Positions 17,604 through 27,538 of a stretch of DNA of 31,438 nucleotides are shown here, piece by piece. Source of the stretch: an uncultured Chroococcidiopsis sp. GTDB lineage: Bacteria > Cyanobacteriota > Cyanobacteriia > Cyanobacteriales > Chroococcidiopsidaceae. The DNA is taken from contig CAXTYC010000012.1 of the NCBI GenBank assembly GCA_964248365.1, forward strand, positions 94,232 through 125,669. The letters are read 5' to 3'. The notes beneath the pieces were generated by a model. That model was not told where the DNA came from. It ran no database searches and saw only the letters and a list, made by a program, of their open reading frames with translations. Both the position numbers and the translations under genes were made by a program. The first letter of the stretch is position 1. Every line of letters begins with the position of its first letter.

Positions 17604-19757
17604 ATGCCACGCACTCGATCCCAATTGGAATTTCGCCCGCCGCTTCTAGTCAACTTGGGCTTATTTGCTATATTGGTGGCGATCGCCATAACCATCACCA
17701 CACTATATATATCCCACGAGCGTAACTTTCATTGGTGGATCGACTGGTATTACAAAACCATCGATGTAGCTAATGCTTTTCGTAAATCACCTTTGGCGGG
17801 AATAGATAATGTTTTACAGTCTCTGGGGGATGAGCGTAATAAAATCTATACTCTGCCGTTAGTACCATTCATCCTCATATTCGGTGAATCTCGGCTTGTC
17901 TATGAAATTGGCTTAGCTGTAGCCTATCTGATACCATTTAGTCTGAGCATGGGAGCCGTAGCTACTCAACTGATTGGGGCTAATCCTCAGAGTGTTTTTT
18001 GGTCAACAGCCCTAATTTGCTTACTAATTCCGGTTACTTGGATAGCAACCTTTTTGGGTATTCCTGACACGGGTGGATCTGCACTAATTGGATGGGCAGC
18101 TTTTGTTTACCTCAAGGATATCAAACTCAAACAGTGGTGGCAAATTCCTCTAATTGGATTTTGCTTGGGATTAGCTGTTTTGTTACGTCGCCATTTTGTC
18201 TATGGTGCGATCGCCTTTTTGTGTGCAATTACCTCACAAGCATTGATTTATTTCTTTGCCAAATTACCACACAATCCCCAAATGGCTTGGCGGAATTTGC
18301 AAGTGGTAGGTGTGCGAATTGGTTTAACTGCTACCCTAAGCTTTACTACATTAATAACTGTAGCGGGAGAGTTTACCCAACGAGCAATTACAACTGATTA
18401 TCGAAATCTTTACGCTTCGTGGACTTTGCCATTTCATAATGTTGTTGGACTGTATGCTGCTTTTTATGGGTGGGCAACTTTATTGCTGGTAGCAATTGGT
18501 TTTTCGGCTGGTATCCTTACCCATGTTTTATCGGTAACGAGTTTCAGCTTTATTTGCCTGTTTGGAATCTTCTCTTTAATAGAGTGGCTAATTGTATTAC
18601 GCTATGGAAATATTTTTTATAGCTTACATCTCACTCCAATAGTAGTACTGGGGTTAGCAGCATTTATTTGGACTTGCTTTAAATTAAATAGAATTCGCAT
18701 TTTAATGCTTGTTATTGCTGGCTGCTATTTAGTTAGTAATTTAGTTATAGGGTTAACTCCCATTGGTAGCTTCAATCACAGGTTGCGTCCTTTATTTGCG
18801 CTGAATATTCCCCCTTTAGTGCGTACAGATTATGATGAAGTTGTTCGCATGATTGATTATTTACGTAAAATAGCTCCCAACAAAGAATCTATTTATGTTG
18901 TGGGTTCTCAAAGGCTGCATCTGAATAGAAGCATGATCAGAGCAGGCGATCGCATATTATATCCACATCAAGATATCCTACTTCTACTACCAGCACCGCA
19001 AGTTGACTCTCAAGATTATTATCCCTTAGAAACACTCTTGCAGGCACAGTATGTAGTTGTGCCTAACCATCTACCAGATTATGACTGGGATTTTACTAAA
19101 GTTCCTGCTGTTGGTGAGTGGCTACCGCCCAAAGAATCCGATGTGGTAAAGGTTGTATTAGATGCCTTTACTCAAAATTGGAAAATAGCCCAAGATTTCA
19201 AACGCTTGCCTGTACATTTCACCCTAGCTGATGGTGCTATTGTTAATATTTATCAACGAATTCGCCCCACTTCTTTAGAAACGGCTGTGCAAACCCTGAC
19301 AACCATGCAACAGCAAATTGGCAAACGTCCAGGCGGACAGTTAGACTGGATCAGTTTGAGTCAACGTTGGAACTACTCATCAGTGCGGAAAAATCCAGAC
19401 AACACTTATAAATTAATAACTTATCCGATTGAGCGTACCAAAAAACAAGCAAGAACATTCCTTTATTTAGGGACTTTACCAGAAGATGCCGAAGTTACTG
19501 GTACAGTAAAATTTTTCGGCATTCGCTGTGGTACATCTCTAAATTTGAAAATGCTTAACCAAGAAGGTAATATAATTAGTTCGACCAAAAATGAATTATT
19601 TGATGAAAATTCATCTAAATTTAGCTTATCAATTACTGGTAAGAATGCAACTTATTTATTGCTAAATTTACTCAATTATGATAAAGATGATTTAATCAAT
19701 GAATGTACCCTAGAACTGAATTCTCTGGTAGTATCATCCCAGAAAACAGGTGACTAA
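17604..19757 (+). CDS. Polytopic membrane protein, GT-C/ArnT-PMT-like glycosyltransferase candidate
   Basis: About 11-12 TM segments followed by a ~300-aa soluble C-terminal domain, with an acidic residue in the first loop (WWIDW) and a G...GLAVLLRR motif. ATG 17604 is preferred because the GTG at 17577 lies inside a palindrome. Confidence 0.6.
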   Translation: MPRTRSQLEFRPPLLVNLGLFAILVAIAITITTLYISHERNFHWWIDWYYKTIDVANAFRKSPLAGIDNVLQSLGDERNKIYTLPLVPFILIFGESRLVYEIGLAVAYLIPFSLSMGAVATQLIGANPQSVFWSTALICLLIPVTWIATFLGIPDTGGSALIGWAAFVYLKDIKLKQWWQIPLIGFCLGLAVLLRRHFVYGAIAFLCAITSQALIYFFAKLPHNPQMAWRNLQVVGVRIGLTATLSFTTLITVAGEFTQRAITTDYRNLYASWTLPFHNVVGLYAAFYGWATLLLVAIGFSAGILTHVLSVTSFSFICLFGIFSLIEWLIVLRYGNIFYSLHLTPIVVLGLAAFIWTCFKLNRIRILMLVIAGCYLVSNLVIGLTPIGSFNHRLRPLFALNIPPLVRTDYDEVVRMIDYLRKIAPNKESIYVVGSQRLHLNRSMIRAGDRILYPHQDILLLLPAPQVDSQDYYPLETLLQAQYVVVPNHLPDYDWDFTKVPAVGEWLPPKESDVVKVVLDAFTQNWKIAQDFKRLPVHFTLADGAIVNIYQRIRPTSLETAVQTLTTMQQQIGKRPGGQLDWISLSQRWNYSSVRKNPDNTYKLITYPIERTKKQARTFLYLGTLPEDAEVTGTVKFFGIRCGTSLNLKMLNQEGNIISSTKNELFDENSSKFSLSITGKNATYLLLNLLNYDKDDLINECTLELNSLVVSSQKTGD

Positions 19758-19878
19758 AACTACCAACAGTAAGGACACAAAAAACCCTTGTTTGCACAAA
19801 ACTAAAACTTAAAAAACTTTTCTTTGCGCCTTTGCGTCGAGGCGCGACACTAATCCAAAATTCAAAATCAAACGAGCT

Positions 19879-20679
19879 ATGCAAAACGAATCCCTAGAAC
19901 GAGAGCGAAACTTTCATGATGCTTGGGCTGCTGCGATTGATGTAGAAGGTATTCGGGTAGCAGACTACTTTGAGACTTGTACCGCGCCTGAAAATCGATT
20001 CATCCTCAGACAGATGGGAGATGTGAGAGGAAAGCGACTGTTAGATTTAGGCTGTGGTGCTGGGGAAAACAGCGTTTATTTTGCGGGGAAAGGGGCGCTA
20101 TGTGTAGCATCTGACTATTCTCCTGGCATGGTGGAAGTAGCGTTAGAATTGGCATCTGCCAATGGAGTGAAAATCGAGGGACGGACGATGAATGCAATGT
20201 CGCTCGATTGTCCTGACAACTATTTTGACTTTGTTTACGCCTCTAATTTGTTGCATCATTTACCAGATCCCCGTGCAGCTATTTTAGAAATGCATCGTGT
20301 GCTAAAGCCTGGGGGTAAGGCTTGTTTTTGGGACCCGCTGAAGCACAATCCGATTATTAACGTGTATAGGCGGATTGCTACAAAGGTAAGGACAGAGGAT
20401 GAAACGCCGTTAGATATTAATATTGTTAATTTTGTCAAGGCAAATTTTTCTCGAACAAATTACGATACATTTTGGCTAGCAACTTTGTGGATTTTTTTGC
20501 GTTTTTATTTGATTGAAAAAGTCGATCCAAATAAGGAGCGTTACTGGAAGAAGATTATTATTGAACACGCCAGATTGAAACCGCAATATCGACGATTGGA
20601 AAAGTTAGATAAAGTTTTGAAAAAGGTTCCTGGGATGAAGCGATTTGCTTGGAATTTGGCTGTGGTAGCGACAAAGTAA
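19879..20679 (+). CDS. Class I SAM-dependent methyltransferase
   Basis: LLDLGCGAGE motif I, FDFVY...LLHH and EMHRVLKPGG. Confidence 0.92.
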   Translation: MQNESLERERNFHDAWAAAIDVEGIRVADYFETCTAPENRFILRQMGDVRGKRLLDLGCGAGENSVYFAGKGALCVASDYSPGMVEVALELASANGVKIEGRTMNAMSLDCPDNYFDFVYASNLLHHLPDPRAAILEMHRVLKPGGKACFWDPLKHNPIINVYRRIATKVRTEDETPLDINIVNFVKANFSRTNYDTFWLATLWIFLRFYLIEKVDPNKERYWKKIIIEHARLKPQYRRLEKLDKVLKKVPGMKRFAWNLAVVATK

Positions 20680-20729
20680 TTAATCGAACTGCCTCCCTGC
20701 GCTTCCTAGCACATTAGATTATGAAAAAA

Positions 20730-20757
20730 TACTCTCTTGCTGTTAGACAAGAGAGTA
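20730..20757. terminator. Hairpin, probable terminator after the methyltransferase
   Basis: TACTCTCTTG-8 nt-CAAGAGAGTA, with an A-run before and TTTT shortly after. Confidence 0.55.
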
Positions 20758-20843
20758 GGGTCTTTTGTAGTAATGCGTAAGAGGTAATATATATAGGATT
20801 ACTAAAAATTTAGTTCATAAATGTGGCAGTAATGTGTTAATTA

Positions 20844-20922
20844 TATGACAATGCTGTGACGTAAATATTTCACAAAAAGGACACAGCGTAGACACACATT
20901 AGACATAGAACTTATCTAAGGT
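20844..20922 (+). promoter_or_regulatory. OmpR/PhoB-type phased repeat array plus -10, upstream of esterase 1
   Basis: TTCACA (20869), GACACA (20880), GACACA (20891), GACATA (20902), 9 nt, then TAAGGT. An additional opposite-strand GTCACA-N5-GTCATA lies at 20860-20844. Confidence 0.7.
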
Positions 20923-20947
20923 GTGATTAAAATTATCTTTAATTAAT

Positions 20948-21838
20948 ATGAAGTACAAACAATATAAAAGGATTAGCTTTGCTCTGCTGCTAGCTTTAGC
21001 AAGTTTGAGTTATAGATATGTGGCGATCGCTAGTGTACCTCAACCACAGACTTCCCCAGCTACAACATCAACCACGAACTTAAGCTACCAGCTTGAAACT
21101 TACAACTCTCAGGTAATGGGTGGTAAAAGAACCTATGGCGTTTGTTTACCTCCTGGCTATGAGCAAAACCAAAATCAGCGCTACCCTGTAGTTTTTCTCC
21201 TACATGGAGGACACGGCAATCCTACTGACTGGTTTAACCCGCAAAAGGGATCAGCCTTAAAAACCTTGCAGCAACTATATGCCCAAGGCAAGTTACCACC
21301 TACTATTATTATCACCCCAGATGGTAACGATTTACGCGGTTCTAGTCCCAAATTTGATCCACAATATTTTGATGGTCCTAACGGCAAGGTGTCTACGGCA
21401 ATTGGGGAGGAATTGGTGCAAGTCGTTTCAAGTCGCTACCGGACACTTCCCACTCCGAAGTTTTGGGCGATGGGTGGGCTATCTTCTGGGGGATGGGGTG
21501 CAATCAATGTGGGACTACGGCATCTAAATCACTTCTCGATTTTGTTCAGCCATAGTGGTTATTTTGTCGATAATAGTGGAGCGCAAAATAGTCCACTGAA
21601 ATATATTAAAAATATTTCTCCTCAAGCCAGACAGAATTTGGTAATTTACTTAGATACTGGCACTGGGGATAGTTATTATCTTAATCAAGCGCAAAAGTTT
21701 CATGACTTGCTCAATAAATTGCAAATTAAAAATGTGTTTAATTCGTTTCCAGGGACTCACAGTTGGCGATATTGGCGGCAGCATTTGGCAGATTCTCTAA
21801 CTTATGTGGGGGAACAATTCCGAATTCGTAATTCATAA
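20948..21838 (+). CDS. Exported esterase-family alpha/beta hydrolase (esterase 1)
   Basis: Signal peptide, YPVVFLLHGG, nucleophile elbow GLSSGG, YLDTG..D and PGTHSWRYW. Confidence 0.9.
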   Translation: MKYKQYKRISFALLLALASLSYRYVAIASVPQPQTSPATTSTTNLSYQLETYNSQVMGGKRTYGVCLPPGYEQNQNQRYPVVFLLHGGHGNPTDWFNPQKGSALKTLQQLYAQGKLPPTIIITPDGNDLRGSSPKFDPQYFDGPNGKVSTAIGEELVQVVSSRYRTLPTPKFWAMGGLSSGGWGAINVGLRHLNHFSILFSHSGYFVDNSGAQNSPLKYIKNISPQARQNLVIYLDTGTGDSYYLNQAQKFHDLLNKLQIKNVFNSFPGTHSWRYWRQHLADSLTYVGEQFRIRNS

Positions 21839-21861
21839 TTGAAAAATCAAAATTATGAGCA

Positions 21862-22710
21862 ATGAAGCCAAACAACGTGAAGCTCGAAGATGATGTTGTT
21901 AATGACCCTTTAGCAGGTGAAAGAATTCATCTGCGTTGGGGTGTAGATTTGCAGGTTTGCTACAGTCAGGGAAAAACTCCTGCAATTGTATTTTTGCATG
22001 GTGGGTTAGGAAACCGCTTCAACTGGCGATCGCAATACGAGTTTTTCCAGTCTGGGGGTAGGGAAGTTTTAGCTTACGACTTAGCTGGACACGGGCAATC
22101 TGTCCCCTACCGTCGCTACTCTTTGGGACGGTATTGCAGAGATTTAACCAGACTATTGCACAAATTCCACATCTCTTCTCCCATTTTGTGCTGCCATAGC
22201 TATGGAGTTCCTCTCGGTTTAGAGTGGGCAAGGCGGCATCAAATTAGTGCTTTAGTTGCTATTGCTGGCGGTACTCATGACCTCGATCCTTGGTGGGAAG
22301 TACCGCTAATGAAGTTCCTCGCTTGGGGTGGTAGACACTTGTATCGATTACCACGAGTACAGCATCTGACCAATACTTTAAGTAGCACTCATCGTCATGA
22401 TGTGATGCAGCGGTTTTTTGCCGAAGCCCCAGTGCCAACTAATGTGCATCCTTATAAAGCTTTAGAAATATTTTGGGGCTATAACTTCTTTGAGCGTCAC
22501 TTAACCCATTGGCAGCCGGAGATTCCCCTACTGGTAATTAGTGGTGGGCAAGATCCGACATTTACTGCCCAAATGGGAGCAGATTTAGCCGCCAGCTTTG
22601 GGCAAGGAACACATTTGCATATAAAAGAGGCGGGACATTTAGTGATGGCTGAGTATCCAGAAGTAATTAATGATGCGATAGCGAGATTCCTCATCCAACA
22701 TAGATTATAG
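21862..22710 (+). CDS. Alpha/beta fold hydrolase (no signal peptide)
   Basis: VFLHGGLG, YDLAGHGQS, CHSYG nucleophile, GGQD and AGHLVMAE. Confidence 0.9.
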   Translation: MKPNNVKLEDDVVNDPLAGERIHLRWGVDLQVCYSQGKTPAIVFLHGGLGNRFNWRSQYEFFQSGGREVLAYDLAGHGQSVPYRRYSLGRYCRDLTRLLHKFHISSPILCCHSYGVPLGLEWARRHQISALVAIAGGTHDLDPWWEVPLMKFLAWGGRHLYRLPRVQHLTNTLSSTHRHDVMQRFFAEAPVPTNVHPYKALEIFWGYNFFERHLTHWQPEIPLLVISGGQDPTFTAQMGADLAASFGQGTHLHIKEAGHLVMAEYPEVINDAIARFLIQHRL

Positions 22711-22713
22711 TCA

Positions 22714-22773
22714 GTTTGCCACCCATGCCCACCATCTTATAATTTGTAATTTGGTGGGCATTGCCCACCAAAC
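22714..22773. repeat. Palindromic element (GTTTGCCACCCATGCCCACCA...TGGTGGGCATTGCCCACCAAAC)
   Basis: The left 21 bp are identical to 12100-12120; it lies between convergent stop codons. Confidence 0.85.
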
Positions 22774-22781
22774 CTTGTGGG

Positions 22782-23714
22782 TTAGGCTGCTAATCGCTGG
22801 CGAAGCTCATAAATGCCCAAGAGTAGGACGGCAATTATCAATGGTAGGAAGTAGTAGATACCTCGGTATGCCAAAAGCGCTCCCAAGAGGGTAGGAGATG
22901 AGATAGGGGGCGAGAGCAACAGTAAAATTATTGTCTCAAACACACCAAGTCCGCCTGGAACATTGCTGATGAGTGCTGCAATTTGTGCTAGCAGGTATAT
23001 CCCGAAAAAACCAGGGAAAGACAAACTACTTGATGGTAGAAGCGCGTAGAGGACACTTGCTGCTAGTGTCCAATCAAGGGAAGCCACCAGAAGTTGAGCA
23101 ACGGCGAACTTGGTAGAGAGATGGGGAAATACCAACTTACCAATTCTTAACGCATTCCTGCTGAGAGTATTCCATACCAGATATCCCACCACCAACAGCA
23201 GAAATATTGCTCCCACAGGCTGCACTGAAGCAAACGGAAGGTGGAGTAAGCTTGGAACTGCCAAGGGTTCCTTTAAAAACATCACACCACTAACTGTAAA
23301 AAGTCCCAGCCAGAAGCTTAAATTGCAAAAAGCAACTATATTGGTAATCTGAAGCGCTGATAATCCCCAGGTTGAGTAAAGCCGATAGCGGATAGCACTA
23401 CCAGTTAGTAGAGCAAATCCAATAGTATTACTAATGGCATAAGTAATGACAGATGTTAGCGCGATTTTTCCATAGGGGAGTGGATGGCGAACGTACCGCA
23501 TACCAAGAGTGTCATACGCAGTTAGCATTAAGTAGTTTAATACGGTCAGTACTAGCGCCAACAGCAGGTGATTTTTGGGAATTTCCTCCAGGCTGTGTAA
23601 GACATCACGATAGTTATACTGTTTCAGTTCTAGATTAATCGCCCACAGGGAAAGCCCAAATAGGAGTAAACCAAAAATTGGGGAAGCAAATTGAGACAGG
23701 CGCTTTAGATTCAT
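22782..23714 (-). CDS. MprF-type flippase / lysylphosphatidylglycerol synthase TM domain (stand-alone)
   Basis: LTAYD, LTGSAIRYRLYSTWG, SNVPGGLGVFE and LLAYRGIYYFLPL are motifs of the MprF N-terminal membrane domain; about 8 TM helices. Confidence 0.9.
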   Translation of the reverse strand: MNLKRLSQFASPIFGLLLFGLSLWAINLELKQYNYRDVLHSLEEIPKNHLLLALVLTVLNYLMLTAYDTLGMRYVRHPLPYGKIALTSVITYAISNTIGFALLTGSAIRYRLYSTWGLSALQITNIVAFCNLSFWLGLFTVSGVMFLKEPLAVPSLLHLPFASVQPVGAIFLLLVVGYLVWNTLSRNALRIGKLVFPHLSTKFAVAQLLVASLDWTLAASVLYALLPSSSLSFPGFFGIYLLAQIAALISNVPGGLGVFETIILLLLSPPISSPTLLGALLAYRGIYYFLPLIIAVLLLGIYELRQRLAA

Positions 23715-23764
23715 GCGAAAATCGTGGTTTTTATTACAGCATCTGGATCGTCGAATCTTAGGTC

Positions 23765-25438
23765 TTAGGTATCAGGTTTGAAATAATCTAGCAAGCGATC
23801 GCCAGAGTCAGCCCGAATCAAAGCAACCACAACGGATGGTAAAGCCCTTAAACTGGGATAAACCAGATAACGCGGCTCCCAGCGGGGGTGAAATTTTTCT
23901 TTGTAGGCGTGTAAACCTTTGAAGTTATAAAATTTATTTAGGTGTTCGTAGAGATAGCGTAACCCCTTTTCCAGACGAGGAGAGTCGCTCGTTTCACCTA
24001 CACCAGAAAGCGCTGATAAACCCAAATTAAAGCCGTCGTATCCCAATTCTTTGAAATGCCCAAACATTGAGATAAATAAGAAATCCATCGTGCCAGATTC
24101 TACCTCGCTACGATGCCGCATTAAATCAATCGTGATTTCGTTAATTTGATACTCCGGTACGACATTGGCAAAAGCAGTTATGTAACCCTCTTTTGTCTCT
24201 ACAGTAGCAATTTCACACTCGCGCAAATAATCATCATCAAACCAACCGACTGAAAACTTTTTTTCCGCCCCTTGCATCAACTTCAGCCATTCATCACTAA
24301 CGTCTCTCAACTTGAGTAACAACTTATCTGAAATTGGTGGTTGGTAAAATTTGACTTGATATCCCGCCTTGGTAAGGCGATTGTTGTAATTTCTGAAGTT
24401 CTGGTTAGCTTTTCCCTTCAGGCTAAACGTTTGAAGATCGACGATCGCTTCTTCGCCCATTCGTAGCACTCTAAAGCCAAGGTTTTGATAGAGGTCGAGG
24501 TCATCTGGTAGAGTTTGGTAAAAGGCAGGATACCAATCATTGCGAGCGCAAAATTGTCCAAACCCGATCAATACTTCTTTTCTGTCTTCGACTGGACCTA
24601 TGGGATCTCCCAAAGCGATCGCCCCCCGCCCCTTTGCTACATAAGCGATTACACTTTGACCTGATGGGCTGAAATAGTAAGCCTTATCATCAAATAAAGT
24701 AAATCGTGCCAAAGAAGATCGGCCATATTGCTCTACAATTGCCTTAGCTTGCTTTCGTTCCCTAGAATCAGCTCTATCGCGCACCAGAACGGGGCGCAGT
24801 AGCATAAACAGGGCATAACCCACAGTCACAGCACCGACAATATAAATTGAATTAGCAAAAAAGTTTGCGAAGCGAGTTTGTGGTTGCAGCCCAGCGTTAT
24901 CCTCTGTGAAGAACATCGCTAGGGTTTGCAGCAGTGCTTGTGTTAAAGAAAACTTGACTTGATAATAACGTTGATCTATTAGATAAAAACCTGCTGTACC
25001 ATAAGCTAGTGTGAACAGCAACGCTGCGATCAACACTCGAATACCCTGAGCAATTGAGGGACGATCTGACTGGGCTGTAAACACATTCCGCATCAGCAGC
25101 AATTGAATTAGCAATACCCCAGATAGCAGACTCTCCTCATAATCCAATCCCTTGACTAAATGGCTGATTATTGATATAATTAGCAAACTGACAGTGAGCA
25201 ACCAAGCAACTCGCTTGCGCCGTAACAAATTAGTGGCAAGCGTTAGCAGCACAAAGCCAGTAAGAGCTGCAAATAGATGCCCACTTACCCTGATTTCAAA
25301 AGGAAAAAATTGTTTGAGTATTGCTGTCCGCCCTCGTAAGTTGGGGGTTACGGCAGACACCAGGTTAACCACTCCCACTAATCCGGTTAGTAGTGCTGCT
25401 GTCCATAAGCTTATTTGATTACGCTTCACACTTAGCAA
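23765..25438 (-). CDS. Aminoacyl-phosphatidylglycerol synthase (MprF C-terminal/DUF2156 domain with ~6 N-terminal TMs)
   Basis: LLRRKRVAW, ALGDPIGP, MGEEAIVDL, FSVGWF, IDLMR, GTMDFLF, FNLGLSAL and FYNFKGLHAYKEKFHPRWEPRYL. TTG start 8 nt after GAGGAG. Confidence 0.92.
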   Translation of the reverse strand: MLSVKRNQISLWTAALLTGLVGVVNLVSAVTPNLRGRTAILKQFFPFEIRVSGHLFAALTGFVLLTLATNLLRRKRVAWLLTVSLLIISIISHLVKGLDYEESLLSGVLLIQLLLMRNVFTAQSDRPSIAQGIRVLIAALLFTLAYGTAGFYLIDQRYYQVKFSLTQALLQTLAMFFTEDNAGLQPQTRFANFFANSIYIVGAVTVGYALFMLLRPVLVRDRADSRERKQAKAIVEQYGRSSLARFTLFDDKAYYFSPSGQSVIAYVAKGRGAIALGDPIGPVEDRKEVLIGFGQFCARNDWYPAFYQTLPDDLDLYQNLGFRVLRMGEEAIVDLQTFSLKGKANQNFRNYNNRLTKAGYQVKFYQPPISDKLLLKLRDVSDEWLKLMQGAEKKFSVGWFDDDYLRECEIATVETKEGYITAFANVVPEYQINEITIDLMRHRSEVESGTMDFLFISMFGHFKELGYDGFNLGLSALSGVGETSDSPRLEKGLRYLYEHLNKFYNFKGLHAYKEKFHPRWEPRYLVYPSLRALPSVVVALIRADSGDRLLDYFKPDT

Positions 25439-25496
25439 AAGCTCATCTCCTCATCACAAAATTACTCAATTTTTAGATAGTTTTCTTTTAGTGTGC

Positions 25497-26426
25497 CTAA
25501 TTATTTCGTTTTTGTAGTGCTGCTTGAAACTGCTTACCCACATAGCTCAGCGAATCCGCTGCGTGTTTGTGGTCATAATTCCATCCCATATCAGGACCAG
25601 ACAAACCATGACCACCTGGGAAGGCATAGAAAACATTGTCAATGCCTAACTGATTCAAGGTTTGATGGAACTTTCGGGTAGAGTCGAGAAATTCGCTGCC
25701 AGTTAAGTCATTAAGTCCAGCATCTAGATAGATGTGCAAGCGTTGGCGCTGCTCAGCGGGAATCTGTTTGACAAATACTTGAGGGCTGTTCTGGGGTCCA
25801 CTGTCATCAGTAAAATAACCGATGTGACTAAAGAAAATATTGAAGTTGTCCAAATGGCGTAACCCAATGTTGAGCGCACCCCATCCACCAGAAGACAGCC
25901 CCCCCATTGCCCAAAACTGTGGCTCGTCGTAGGTGCGATAGCGCGATTTGACAACTTCAACCAGTTCTGAGCCAATTAACGTACCAACGTTCCCATTGGG
26001 ACCATCGTAATAATCGGGGTCAAACAGCGGACTTGAACCCCTTTTGTCATTGCCATCGGGGGTAATTACAATTGAGTATGGCAGCTTACCGCTTTTGTAG
26101 AGGTCATGCAGAACGGGGATAATGCCAATCTTGTCTACCCAAGCACGGGCATCATCGTGTCCGCCGTGTAACAAGAAGATTACAGGATAGCGTTTATTGG
26201 TATGGTCGTAACCAGGAGGCAAAATTAGACCGTATTGGCGTACCTCGCCCATTGCCTTACTGTTAAAGGTTTTGAGTTGAAAGGTCAGACCTGTGCCAGC
26301 GGTACTGACGGTGGGCGGATCTAACTGGGGCGCACCAGCAATAAACACATACCAGTAGCCTGCCGCTCCTACAGCTGCTACTGTACCGATAAAAATCGCT
26401 AAAATTTTGCCATAACGAAATTTCAT
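25497..26426 (-). CDS. Membrane-anchored/exported esterase-family hydrolase (esterase 2, paralogue of 20948-21838)
   Basis: N-terminal TM helix, YPVIFLLHGG and GLSSGG. Shares the block ITPDGND.RGSSP.FDP.Y.DGPNG.V.T.IG.ELV.VV.SRYRT with esterase 1. Confidence 0.9.
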   Translation of the reverse strand: MKFRYGKILAIFIGTVAAVGAAGYWYVFIAGAPQLDPPTVSTAGTGLTFQLKTFNSKAMGEVRQYGLILPPGYDHTNKRYPVIFLLHGGHDDARAWVDKIGIIPVLHDLYKSGKLPYSIVITPDGNDKRGSSPLFDPDYYDGPNGNVGTLIGSELVEVVKSRYRTYDEPQFWAMGGLSSGGWGALNIGLRHLDNFNIFFSHIGYFTDDSGPQNSPQVFVKQIPAEQRQRLHIYLDAGLNDLTGSEFLDSTRKFHQTLNQLGIDNVFYAFPGGHGLSGPDMGWNYDHKHAADSLSYVGKQFQAALQKRNN

Positions 26427-26819
26427 ATCAAGTCACATTTTGCTGGGTTTTGTAGAATTGGCTCCAATCATAATTGGGGCAAGTAGAGGATGAGTGTTGA
26501 GTCAGGCGAGGCTGATATATTCTCATGGCAATATTTAACCTAAATGAGAGACAATAGCGATCGCTTGAACTGATAATATTTATGACTATTTACCTCTATC
26601 ACTAAAACTAAACTAATATCTTTGCAGATTTATTTTGACTGGGTGTGTCGCTTAGATTAACCTAAGGTGACGAGTTTGAAAATTCAATGATTATGTTAGG
26701 TTCACATAAATTAATGCTAATTAATCTCTTTTGCTTTTACAACCGCTACAAATGCAATTGCTCAAACTAACCGAATCTAAATCCAAAATCTAAAATCTAA
26801 GGCTCCAAAATCGTCAGAG

Positions 26820-27527
26820 ATGGATATTTTAATTATTGAGGATGAACCGGAAATTGCCCGACTCATTCAGCTATCTTTAGAAAAAGAAGGGTTTTCGTGC
26901 CAGATCTGCCGCGATGGTTTAACTGCTTTGCGAATTGCCCAGGATGTGCAGCCAGACTTAATCATCCTTGACTTGATGTTACCAGGTTTGGATGGACTGG
27001 AAGTGTGCGCTCGAATACGACAAAAACCTGGAGCGAAAGATCCTTATATTTTGATGGTGACAGCTAAAGGTGAGGAAATCGATCGCGTCATTGGTTTATC
27101 TACGGGAGCTGATGATTATCTAGTCAAGCCTTTCAGTCCCAGAGAATTAATTGCTAGAGTGCGGGCATTACTGCGGCGTAGCTTGCGTCAAGGTGGACAA
27201 CAACAGATCTATCGAAGTGGGCATTTCATAGTAGATGTTGAGCAACGCACAGCCAGCATACAGTATAATTCCAATTCTCCAGAAATGCTGGACTTAACCA
27301 CTTTGGAATTTAACCTGTTATCGACATTTGTCAGCCATCCTGGTCGAGTTTGGAACCGTACCCAGCTAATTGACAAACTTTGGGGAAGTGACTTCTTTGG
27401 AGATGAGCGGGTAGTAGATACTCATGTAGCGCGGCTCAGGAAAAAAGTAGAGCCAGATCCAGCAAATCCCACTTTTATCAAGACTGTTGTTGGTGTTGGC
27501 TATAAATTTGAAGATCCAGCAGTTTAG
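26820..27527 (+). CDS. OmpR/PhoB-family response regulator
   Basis: IIEDE, LIILDLMLPG (phospho-Asp), GADDYLVKPF and the winged helix ERVVDTHVARLRKK...TVVGVGYKF. Confidence 0.96.
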   Translation: MDILIIEDEPEIARLIQLSLEKEGFSCQICRDGLTALRIAQDVQPDLIILDLMLPGLDGLEVCARIRQKPGAKDPYILMVTAKGEEIDRVIGLSTGADDYLVKPFSPRELIARVRALLRRSLRQGGQQQIYRSGHFIVDVEQRTASIQYNSNSPEMLDLTTLEFNLLSTFVSHPGRVWNRTQLIDKLWGSDFFGDERVVDTHVARLRKKVEPDPANPTFIKTVVGVGYKFEDPAV

Positions 27528-27538
27528 AGAACCCAGTT

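Noticed and set aside
20855..20874. CRP-like site TGTGA...TCACA
   Set aside because: The spacer is 10 nt rather than 6; it is better explained as the junction of two oppositely oriented direct-repeat arrays.
26530..26730. SphR Pho boxes (TTAACC)
   Set aside because: Only isolated half-sites are present, not three 11-bp-phased PyTTAAPyPy repeats.
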